Assembly (NCBI GenBank): GCA_964648855.1
Contig: CAZYLT010000002.1
Span: 180,001 to 212,000 of the forward strand
Reading direction: 5' to 3'
Source: an uncultured archaeon
GTDB lineage: Archaea; Asgardarchaeota; Thorarchaeia; Thorarchaeales; Thorarchaeaceae
Length of the DNA: 32,000 nt
This document shows, in pieces, positions 1 through 8,062 of this stretch. Positions within the stretch are counted from its first letter, which is position 1. Every line of letters begins with the position of its first letter. The position numbers and the translations under genes were made by a program. The notes beneath the pieces were generated by a model that worked only from the letters and a program-made list of their open reading frames with translations, searched no databases and was not told where the DNA came from.

Positions 1-121
1 GAGATAGTTTCGTAATCGTCCACTGATAGTATCTTGAGAATCTACCACTTGGACTTCGAAAGCTAGTTAGATCCGTAATATACTCCTTCCTCCCCTTTCT
101 TGTAATCCATAGCCAAACCAT
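1..121 (-). CDS. N-terminal part of a hypothetical protein running off the window start
   Basis: ATG at 121-119 (minus) opens a stop-free frame to position 1: MVWLWITRKGRKEYITDLTSFRSPSGRFSRYYQWTITKLS. No family recognised. Confidence 0.4.
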   Translation of the reverse strand, partial: MVWLWITRKGRKEYITDLTSFRSPSGRFSRYYQWTITKLS

Positions 122-184
122 CTGAATAAAGAGGGCTGTCATTATTATCAAGAAGGAAGTCATGCCAAACACTGATTGCATATT

Positions 185-400
185 CTATTCAAGCCCGGCT
201 CCCTGTTTTAAGCTTGTGGAACACAACATTAACCAAGTTCCGTTTACTTTCGGGAATCCCCCCTCTTCATAGTTATCCTCTCCAGAACACTCTGTGCATA
301 CGAAATGCTGAACCCATGTCGTGCAGTAGCCCACATAGAGTTTTTCAGATGCGTGGGTCTGGGCCTGACCCTCCCGGAATGCTCCTGGGCTCACGCCAAC
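185..400 (-). ncRNA. Candidate structured RNA (unassigned)
   Basis: On the minus strand the ends pair (GAGCCCAGG with CCGGGCUU, using a G-U pair) and enclose hairpins CCCAC/GUGGG, UGCA..CGA/UCG..UGCA and GGAAC/GUUCC. No convincing protein ORF. Confidence 0.25.
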
Positions 401-422
401 ACTTCTTCTCTTTACTGACAGA

Positions 423-1385
423 ATGACTTATCATGGTCTAGAGATGGCAAGGTCTGTGGTGAACGAATTGGACCGAGTTATTCACATAGACAGTAATCAA
501 GTCAAAAGTCCTCGGGATTTGGTTGACGCAATGAACTCTGTCGGTGTTCTTGGTGCAGGGCGGCTAGGTCGAGCTGCAGCAATAACCCGTGCTATGCTTA
601 CTGACAGCGACTGTTTTACCTTTTTATCTCTCTCAGGTCCGATGGTTCCGGGAGGTCTCCGTCGAGTCATCAAAGCCCTGGTGGAAAAAAGGCTAGTTAA
701 TGCAGTCATAACTAGCGGTGCAAATATCGTTCATGACTTAATTGAGGCATATGGTGGAGCTCATTATCGAGCTCCTTCCGGTAAGAATGATGTTGATTTT
801 CGACGTTCTGGATTAGGAAGAATTGCTGACATCTTTGTGAAGGAAAAGGACTTCGAAACTTTCGAGAAGGAAACATATAGCTTCTTAGACAACTTGGATG
901 AAGAATCGAGAATCACACTCTCCCCAAGTGAATTTCTTCACAGACTTGGCAAATCTATTGAAGACCCGGATTCAATATTGTTTCAAGCTGCAAGAAAGGA
1001 GACTCCAATTTTCTCTCCTGGCTTAATGGACTCTATGTTAGGTTTTCACCTCTATACGTATAGCACAATGAGAGCCCTCTCACTGGACTTTGTCAAGGAC
1101 CTGCGAATACTAGGAGCCATGGTCAAAGAGGCCAAGCGGACGGGAGCAATGATTCTGGGCGGAGGTCTCACCAAGCACTTCACAATGGGGAGCAACATCT
1201 TGCGTGGTGGTCTAGACTTGGCAATTCAGATAACACTTGATAGACCCGAAGGCGGCAGCCTCAGTGGAGCTCCCCTTAAGGAGGGCGTGTCTTGGCAGAA
1301 GGTGCAGGAGAATGCCCGGTTTGAAACGGTCATAGGCGATGCAACCATCATTTTTCCCCTGATTGTGATGGCAGCAACCAATTGA
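423..1385 (+). CDS. dys: Deoxyhypusine synthase
   Basis: Motifs LSGPMVPGG, TSGANIVHDLIEA, LGGG.TKH and GGSLSGA..KEGVSWQK (catalytic Lys position). Start may be the ATG at 444. Confidence 0.92.
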   Translation: MTYHGLEMARSVVNELDRVIHIDSNQVKSPRDLVDAMNSVGVLGAGRLGRAAAITRAMLTDSDCFTFLSLSGPMVPGGLRRVIKALVEKRLVNAVITSGANIVHDLIEAYGGAHYRAPSGKNDVDFRRSGLGRIADIFVKEKDFETFEKETYSFLDNLDEESRITLSPSEFLHRLGKSIEDPDSILFQAARKETPIFSPGLMDSMLGFHLYTYSTMRALSLDFVKDLRILGAMVKEAKRTGAMILGGGLTKHFTMGSNILRGGLDLAIQITLDRPEGGSLSGAPLKEGVSWQKVQENARFETVIGDATIIFPLIVMAATN

Positions 1386-1477
1386 TTCGGTCTACCTTAT
1401 ATGGCATTTTTCAGCTGGAATGTACCAACCGCCTATATTAAATATGGTTAATTACATAGTGTTAGAGCGGTGGTCAG

Positions 1478-1867
1478 ATGACCGATATAGCGTACAGAAA
1501 AAATACTATCTACTTTCAATACTATGTCAACAACTTCAATCGCGCCAAGAAGTTTTACGAGGACATCCTAGGACTGGAGAAATGTTGGGATGGTGGCGAA
1601 GAGATTGGATGGGCCGAATTTGAATTACCACTTGAGGGCGCTAGGTTAGGTTTCAACCTTCGAAAAGACCAAGATATCGAAAAAGGTTCAGGCGTTCTTA
1701 CGTTCCAAGTAGAAGACATTGAAATGACAAAAGAAAACCTTGAGAAAAAGGGAATTGAAACGAGCGACATCGTGGATATGCCCGACATGGTCACATACTT
1801 CAATATTCACGACACAGAGGGAAATCCGATTCAGTTTGTGGCTGATCCCCGAATCAAGAGCGAGTAA
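1478..1867 (+). CDS. VOC/glyoxalase family protein
   Basis: V.NF.RAK.FY.DILGL, W.EF, F.V.DIE and F.I.DTEGN.IQF pattern; 129 aa. Confidence 0.85.
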   Translation: MTDIAYRKNTIYFQYYVNNFNRAKKFYEDILGLEKCWDGGEEIGWAEFELPLEGARLGFNLRKDQDIEKGSGVLTFQVEDIEMTKENLEKKGIETSDIVDMPDMVTYFNIHDTEGNPIQFVADPRIKSE

Positions 1868-1952
1868 AGCAATCTTATCCACAATCACAGAATGTTGTGC
1901 AATACGAGAACCTTTTCTATCTGTTTGCCTTGCGTTTTCCTGTGAAGAATTC

Positions 1953-3380
1953 ATGCCAGGGGCCTCAACGCTAAAATCTCAACTAGTTGAGATTGTAGGT
2001 ACAAAATATGTAACAGATGAGCTATGTGATAGACTAGTGTATGCAAAAGACTACTCCATAGAAGGGGTGTCAAGTGACTATGCTCCGGACATAGTCGTCA
2101 AGCCCGGAAGCACAGATGAGATAGTACGTATCGTGAAGCTAGCGAATGATACTGACACACCAATCTATACTTGGGGTGCTGGTACAAGCATGTCCGGTAA
2201 TCCTCTAGCTGTTGAACACGGCATAGTATTGGACATGAAGCGAATGAACCGAATTCCAGAGATTGACACAGCAAATCTCTCTATTTCATTGGAGGCCGGA
2301 GTGACCATGGATGAGGCGTATCATGCCGCACGTAAGAAGGGCGTATTTTTTACTCATCATCCCGAGAGTAGCCTCTCATCCACCATTGGAGGCGCTCTGA
2401 GTTGTATGGGCATCAGCATCTATGGGGCGAAATATGGTTACGCCTTTGATCAGGTACTTGGACTTGAAGTTGTGCTTGGAACAGGAGAGATCATCACTCT
2501 TGGTGGAGAAGCCTACCTCTCAATTGCAAGCCATAACCTGATGAACCTCTTTCTAGGTGCGGAGGGCACCTTAGGAATCATCACCAAAGCTGTATTGAAA
2601 GTATACCCAATGCCTACAACGAGAAAGCATGTGAGCATTGGCTTCCCAGATATCGAACATGCCATGGCCGCCTGCAAACGTATTCATTCAGCGGGATGCT
2701 GGCCAGAAACTGTCTATGGGTTTGATAGGAAATCACTGATTCAGTACATGGAACGAGAATCCACACCTGTCCCAGAGGATGTGAATTTCGCCTTTCTATT
2801 TGGTTACTCTGGAGACCAAGAGATTGTTGAAACCGGATTACATGTTATCATGCGTTGTGGACGCGAATATGAGGGCCAGAAGCTTCCTACGGCTCTCACC
2901 GACATGTGGTGGGGGTCCGTAAACATCACAAGAGAAACCTTCGACAAGAGCAACTTCGCTTTATCACACACAGAATATGAACCAGACCTCATTGATGCTT
3001 GCGTTCCTCTAAGCAAATTCCAGGAGTTTACCGATTATTATGAGCAGCTCAAGGTAGAATTCGGATGGGATGACCGTAATTTCGGTACATTCATTGTCGC
3101 TGCTCCTCGTGGTCCCATCCCATTTGCCATTTATTTCAGCGTTCCCATTGATACTCGAGTAGATGAGGAAGTCGACAAATGGTTTGAATTCAAGGAAAGA
3201 ATGTATCAGAAATCCATCGAGATTGGTGGAGGGCTTTCAGAGGCTAATGGTATGGGTCTTCGATCTGGACCTTGGGCAAAGGAATACCTAGGAAGTGCTT
3301 GGGCCCTGCTGAAGGGAATCAAAGACGTTGTTGACCCAAATAGTATTCTGAACCGCAATAATAGGGGGTTTGACCAATGA
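1953..3380 (+). CDS. FAD-binding oxidoreductase, GlcD/VAO-type (FAD_binding_4 plus FAD-oxidase C-terminal domain)
   Basis: PDIVVKP.S.DEI, GAGTSMSG, LDMKRMNRI, STIGG, LEVVLGTGEI, LFLGAEGTLGIITKA, DPNSILN. Start moved to ATG 1953 because the track extension from 1740 overlaps the VOC gene. Confidence 0.88.
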   Translation: MPGASTLKSQLVEIVGTKYVTDELCDRLVYAKDYSIEGVSSDYAPDIVVKPGSTDEIVRIVKLANDTDTPIYTWGAGTSMSGNPLAVEHGIVLDMKRMNRIPEIDTANLSISLEAGVTMDEAYHAARKKGVFFTHHPESSLSSTIGGALSCMGISIYGAKYGYAFDQVLGLEVVLGTGEIITLGGEAYLSIASHNLMNLFLGAEGTLGIITKAVLKVYPMPTTRKHVSIGFPDIEHAMAACKRIHSAGCWPETVYGFDRKSLIQYMERESTPVPEDVNFAFLFGYSGDQEIVETGLHVIMRCGREYEGQKLPTALTDMWWGSVNITRETFDKSNFALSHTEYEPDLIDACVPLSKFQEFTDYYEQLKVEFGWDDRNFGTFIVAAPRGPIPFAIYFSVPIDTRVDEEVDKWFEFKERMYQKSIEIGGGLSEANGMGLRSGPWAKEYLGSAWALLKGIKDVVDPNSILNRNNRGFDQ

Positions 3381-4528
3381 CCAATCCGTTGCGAGAGTAC
3401 GAGGATTGGGCCAGGGCATGTATGCATGTACGCTGTGGTCTTTGCAGAGAGAATTGTGCTGCATATAGGCAATTCGAGATGGACAGCTACTCTCCCAAGG
3501 GGAGAATCACAATGCTTCATCATTGGCTAGAAGGCAGCTTACAGCCAAGTCAGGAGATGTCTGAGAGAGTACATGCATGCACGGGCTGTGGTCTCTGTGA
3601 CTTAGCTTGTGGGTATCCTCAAAGTGAGGCGATACAGAGCATGAAGAACCAGCTCTTTGAGGCGGGGTACGGGCCTCCTCCATCATATGCCAAAATCATT
3701 GAGAACGCTCGTCAGACCGGCAACCCATATGGAGAATCTAATCGATCAGGAGCTAAGTTCCTGTCAGCACAACCGGAGTCGCAATATACCGATATGGAGC
3801 TTGTGTACTTCATTGGATGCACCGAACTGTATCGTGAGAGAGAACAAGTCGAGAATGTCCTTGCAATTCTACGAAAAGCAAATGTTTCATTTGGGCTTCT
3901 ATCAGAAAATTTCTGTTGTGGTTCTCCTATCTATCGTGTGGGCGATGCAGGTCAAGCAAAGCATCATGCAAGTCAATTGGTTGAGCAATTAGTAGAGAGA
4001 GGCACAAAGGAACTCATCGTTTCTTGTTCAGGATGCTACAGCATGTTCTCCAATATCTATGTAGACCTCGTCAAGGTGCCTCAATCGCTGCGGTTTATTC
4101 ACATTACAAAGGTTCTCGATGAATTAGTGAGGAGCGGCGAATTGAATCTGGGAAAAATAGAGAGCATTGTTACCTATCATGATCCCTGTCACCTGGGCAG
4201 ACATTCAGGTATTTATGAAGAACCCAGAAACGTAATCGAAACAATTCCTGGTACAACTCTTGTTGAAATGGAGTGGAACGGAAAATTCTCCCATTGTTGT
4301 GGTGCTGGAGGCGGTCTGAAGGCTGGACGAGTGGACGACGCTGTTGCATTAGGCGCCATGAGAGTAGGGGAGGCAGAGGAAACCGGTGCACAGATTCTAG
4401 TGACATCTTGCCCATTTTGCCTACGAAATCTACGCGAGGGAGCAGAATCCATTAACTCTGATATTGAGATTACTTCAGTAGTTTCTCTGTTGATGCGTTC
4501 CATGAACATCTACGATGATGGACTATAG
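3377..4528 (+). CDS. (Fe-S)-binding protein, GlcF/HdrD-like, with two 4Fe-4S motifs and CCG domains
   Basis: CGLCRENC, CTGCGLCDLAC, YFIGC, CCGSP, SCSGCY, TYHDPCHLGR, CCGAGGG, TSCPFC. ATGA overlap with the upstream oxidoreductase. Confidence 0.9.
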   Translation: MTNPLREYEDWARACMHVRCGLCRENCAAYRQFEMDSYSPKGRITMLHHWLEGSLQPSQEMSERVHACTGCGLCDLACGYPQSEAIQSMKNQLFEAGYGPPPSYAKIIENARQTGNPYGESNRSGAKFLSAQPESQYTDMELVYFIGCTELYREREQVENVLAILRKANVSFGLLSENFCCGSPIYRVGDAGQAKHHASQLVEQLVERGTKELIVSCSGCYSMFSNIYVDLVKVPQSLRFIHITKVLDELVRSGELNLGKIESIVTYHDPCHLGRHSGIYEEPRNVIETIPGTTLVEMEWNGKFSHCCGAGGGLKAGRVDDAVALGAMRVGEAEETGAQILVTSCPFCLRNLREGAESINSDIEITSVVSLLMRSMNIYDDGL

Positions 4529-4539
4529 GCAGTTACTCA

Positions 4540-4780
4540 TTGCTCCTCTGAATTCTCAGAAACAACGAGAATAGAGTATTGGCAGTCATCTCGGTACCCA
4601 TGTCTTGTTTTGGTGATAGACATGGGTCAAGTTACAGTAGAACCCGCTAACCCTGAGGATGTAGATATTCAACGTCTTTGTCGAAGATGCCGTTTATCGC
4701 GTCCTGCCCACTCACATAGGAAACGCTCTGAATGCCAGCCCCTCTTGGGCCGACACTCCCAAGAATAGTCGGGGCAGCTC
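4540..4780. ncRNA. Stem-loop-rich intergenic element (candidate ncRNA or cis-regulatory RNA)
   Basis: Perfect 10-bp stem 4596-4605/4618-4627; stem 4546-4557/4567-4576; interlocked pairings 4743-49/4758-64 and 4750-54/4768-72. Confidence 0.3.
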
Positions 4781-4903
4781 GTTTTAACCTCCTATAATCA
4801 ACGATTTCTATTCTGGCTACTCCATAATCCTTTTATTCACTCTCAAGTGCGTCACGTTGACTCAAGTCTTAGTAGACTGTAGACCAATTCAAGGTGATTA
4901 AAA

Positions 4904-5458
4904 ATGGGAAAACGTCCAGGTCACTGTTATCGAGAGGCAGATCGTCCTGCTTTCACTCGTAAGAAATATATTCATCGTCAGCCAGCCAGCCGGATTACGA
5001 ACTACGATATGGGCAACCCTGGCGGGGATTTTGAGATTCAGATATCGATGATTGGTCTTGAGAGATGCCAAATCAGGCACCAGGCGCTTGAGTCAGCACG
5101 TGTTGCCGTCAACCGTCACTTACTACGACGTGTTGGCAGAAAGAACTTTCATTTTCGTGTGAGAGTCAAGCCATACCACAGACTTCGAGAGAACAAGATG
5201 ATCTCTGGAGCCGGTGCAGACCGTGTCCAAGATGGTATGAGAAAAGCCTTTGGTAAGGTCATCGGGTTAGCCGCAAGGGTCAAGCCATATCAAGCTCTCT
5301 TCACCGTCAGGATGAACAGGCAGCACTTTGATGCAGCTCGAGTTGCTCTCAAAAAGGCAGCACCAAAGCTTCCGACACCGTGCAAGATTCGCGTTGATGA
5401 GATGCCTCCTGAGCTTGAGAGGAAGCTTGGAATGAGCACTAAACTTGGTCTTGCTTAG
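4904..5458 (+). CDS. rpl10e: 50S ribosomal protein uL16 (L10e)
   Basis: RPGHCYR, QIRHQALESARVA.NR, LRENKM..GAGADR.QDGMRKAFGK..G.AARV, KLPTPC. Confidence 0.97.
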   Translation: MGKRPGHCYREADRPAFTRKKYIHRQPASRITNYDMGNPGGDFEIQISMIGLERCQIRHQALESARVAVNRHLLRRVGRKNFHFRVRVKPYHRLRENKMISGAGADRVQDGMRKAFGKVIGLAARVKPYQALFTVRMNRQHFDAARVALKKAAPKLPTPCKIRVDEMPPELERKLGMSTKLGLA

Positions 5459-6206
5459 AGTTTCTATCAATAAGTTGGCGTATCTTTCTCACCGTTCCAG
5501 TGAGTGTTGTAATTTCTCGCCCAGTCATGTAAGCTCTTCCAAGTAGATTACGGAAGACCTGCTTTGCGATGGGCTTTCTGAAGTTTTTGATAGTAGTCTT
5601 GTCTACAATCTCATCAAAGAAGTCAGCAACCAGCATTCGTTCTTTTCTTGTGGCTGCACGGGGATTTGTTGGGCGGCGTGGTGGGACTTCAGCGTAGTTG
5701 CTATACAATTCATAGAGAACAACGGCGATAGCATGGCTGAGATTCATACTATTGTAGTCTTCTGAAGTTGGTATAGTGAATGCTAAGTCACAGAGGAGGA
5801 CTTCTTCATTTGTCAAGCCATTGGACTCTCTCCCAAAGACCAATGCTACATCTCCATCTCTTGTCCCTGGGTCGGGCAAATCTCTGATGGGCACACAGGC
5901 CCTTGTCACACTATGATTACTTCCAGTTCTTGCAGTAGCTGCCCATGACGCCTCCATGTCGCTCAAAGCTGACTGAAGATTATCATAGATTTCTGCATTC
6001 TCAAGAATATCCACTGCATTGACAGAAAATATCTGCGCTTGCGGATACTCCCTTGGGTCCGTACCCACTATTCTGAGCTTTCTTATTCCAAAATTCGCCA
6101 TAACTCTACAGGCGAAACCAACATTCCCGGGGGTTTCTGGCTCAACCAAGATTACAGCAACATTAGGAAGACCGAGTTCGTCTACTTCTTCACCTATTTC
6201 GAACAC
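5439..6206 (-). CDS. trmJ: tRNA (C32/U32)-2'-O-methyltransferase, TrmJ/LasT SPOUT family
   Basis: ILVEPETPGNVG..CRVMANFG, ALVFGRESNGLTNEE, IPTS.DY.SMNLSHA.AVVLYE. Confidence 0.88.
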   Translation of the reverse strand: MFEIGEEVDELGLPNVAVILVEPETPGNVGFACRVMANFGIRKLRIVGTDPREYPQAQIFSVNAVDILENAEIYDNLQSALSDMEASWAATARTGSNHSVTRACVPIRDLPDPGTRDGDVALVFGRESNGLTNEEVLLCDLAFTIPTSEDYNSMNLSHAIAVVLYELYSNYAEVPPRRPTNPRAATRKERMLVADFFDEIVDKTTIKNFRKPIAKQVFRNLLGRAYMTGREITTLTGTVRKIRQLIDRNSKQDQV

Positions 6207-6222
6207 CCCAGAATTTTGCTCA

Positions 6223-7395
6223 CTAGCGGTGAGCTAACTGTAAAACATCTCCCTCTTGTAGCGGGTAACTCAATCCCACCTGGCGTCTCTTAATCTTGTC
6301 ATTCTCTCTAATAATGGTAGCAGAGCGAAAGCGCTCAACAAACAGCTCTACATGGACTTTTCTTGCTGCATCCTCAACCACTGATCCTGCGGGTAGCACA
6401 ATAGGTTTGTCTTCTCGTTTCTTTCCGGGGATTTTCGTGTAGATTCTTACGATATCCAAATGATCGTAGAATGCCCAACTCATCTTGTCTAGGTTCTCTT
6501 CCTCTTCAACTGATGTGGGAACAATCTCGAATCTCTCGCCATAGTTCTCCTTTAGTTCTTCAAATCTTTCTCTTGACCCACTAGCATCTCCTTTTGTTGC
6601 AACTATCAGTGCCCTGACATATGCCACACTTGAATCAAGAGCGTCTACAAGGTGCTGATATGTCGCAGGCCTTTGAAATCGGACGATTATGTTGTTGATT
6701 TTCCTTTTGCGAAGAAAGTCAATGACTTCTTCTTTGTCGCCCTCGAAGTTCTGAATACCAAAGACTTGGAGCCCTCCAGAACCCACCCGCTCTATTCTAA
6801 CAGTTGTCTTCTCCCTATTAAGACGAATTCGCGCCCTGTCAAGTTCTCCCATGATAATACCCATTTGGCGTTCGATATCTTGTGACAAATCAACAATTAG
6901 TGCAATACAATCCGTATTTCGTGCCACCGAAAGGGACTGTCTGCCTACGCTGGAATCGTAACTACCCTCAAATAAACCGGGAAGCTCCACGAGTTGTATG
7001 TTGATATCTTCTAACTTCAACATAGCTGGAGTTGGAATTGGGGTGGTCATGGGATAATCCGCAACATCAAGTTCTGCATTTGTAACCATATTAATCAACG
7101 AAGATTTCCCAGAGTTCGCTACACCTATCATGCAAATCTGGCCTGCTCCCTCCTTGCGAACGACTCCCTCCTCAGCACCACTTCGTCTTGCCCGTTCCCT
7201 CTCTCGCTCTTTCTCTAAATCCGATTTTAGCTGAGCGAGTTTCTTGCGATAGTAACCTACCATCCGCTCCGCTCCTTTGTGGCGGGGAGCTAATGAGAGC
7301 AGTTTTTCTAATTCCTGGATTTTTCGAGGCAAACCCTCTGCGTTCTCATATACCTCTCGTTGTGCGTCAAATTCTGGAGTAACGTTTGTAGGCAC
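6223..7395 (-). CDS. DRG/OBG-family GTPase with C-terminal TGS domain
   Basis: MPTN start, P.HKGAE, GAGQI..IG.ANSGKSS, VADYP.TT, RIYTK.PG, G..V.D.A.KVH, VGL.Y.L..GDV. Confidence 0.92.
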   Translation of the reverse strand: MPTNVTPEFDAQREVYENAEGLPRKIQELEKLLSLAPRHKGAERMVGYYRKKLAQLKSDLEKERERERARRSGAEEGVVRKEGAGQICMIGVANSGKSSLINMVTNAELDVADYPMTTPIPTPAMLKLEDINIQLVELPGLFEGSYDSSVGRQSLSVARNTDCIALIVDLSQDIERQMGIIMGELDRARIRLNREKTTVRIERVGSGGLQVFGIQNFEGDKEEVIDFLRKRKINNIIVRFQRPATYQHLVDALDSSVAYVRALIVATKGDASGSRERFEELKENYGERFEIVPTSVEEEENLDKMSWAFYDHLDIVRIYTKIPGKKREDKPIVLPAGSVVEDAARKVHVELFVERFRSATIIRENDKIKRRQVGLSYPLQEGDVLQLAHR

Positions 7396-7464
7396 AAGGG
7401 TTCACCTCTTTCTAGTTTCTGAATGTAGTTTTGCAGGTCAGATTATCAAGCTTTCTTCATGTAA

Positions 7465-8028
7465 CTATTCTCTATGGTCAAAGTATGTATTTACTTCCAG
7501 AATATGTCGTTCAGGAGTTGATGGTCGTGGGATCTGCTCGAAATCGATTCCGTCCGGCTCAAGATCGTCATTGAGTGCATACACAAATAATCCCTCTTTT
7601 TCCAAGTCGTAACAATCCCTCGGGTCAAATGGGATCCTTGTTGCGAGATATACATTGACGGGGTTCCATCTATTAATCAGACGACTAATGGAATGCCTTC
7701 CAACAATGATGCCATTATCCATTGTTCTTTCCGTATGGAAGACTAAATTCTTTGCAACTTCGCTTGCTTTTAGCAAGAAAAACGAAATAGAACGCTCATC
7801 AGGAGAAACCCGTCTAAGAGATTCGCCAGGAAAGGATATGACACGTAAATCATCAGACTGTCCGTAGGCTACACTAACAACCACATTTCTTCTAAGATCA
7901 TGAGAGAGGAACAGCCCTATGTTGACACATCTTGCTGCAGTAACGACTTCTCGGGGATTGTTTCCTGCCTTTACTGAATCTTTGTTGATTGGAAGAAGAG
8001 GTAGGATTGCGAGAAAATGCCTCACCAT
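7465..8028 (-). CDS. trmY: TrmY-like tRNA pseudouridine-54 N1-methyltransferase family protein (divergent C-terminus)
   Basis: RCV...LFLSHDLRRNV and G..LR.VSPDERSI...L.KA are TrmY (DUF358) signatures. The C-terminal knot motifs are not recognisable. Confidence 0.7.
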   Translation of the reverse strand: MVRHFLAILPLLPINKDSVKAGNNPREVVTAARCVNIGLFLSHDLRRNVVVSVAYGQSDDLRVISFPGESLRRVSPDERSISFFLLKASEVAKNLVFHTERTMDNGIIVGRHSISRLINRWNPVNVYLATRIPFDPRDCYDLEKEGLFVYALNDDLEPDGIDFEQIPRPSTPERHILEVNTYFDHRE

Positions 8029-8062
8029 CGTGTTTTCTCTCCATGGACATGAATGAGCCGGA

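Noticed and set aside
185-426. ORFs 185..394 (-) and 214..426 (+)
   Set aside because: No recognisable motifs, they overlap each other, and the region looks more like structured non-coding sequence.
1740-1952. N-terminal extension of the FAD oxidoreductase in the ORF track
   Set aside because: Overlaps the VOC gene by 128 nt and is not family-like; ATG 1953 fits better.
4529-4790. SRP RNA or SECIS element
   Set aside because: No helix-8 CAGG..GGAA..AGCA motif, no clear SECIS core, and neighbouring ORFs have no in-frame TGA.
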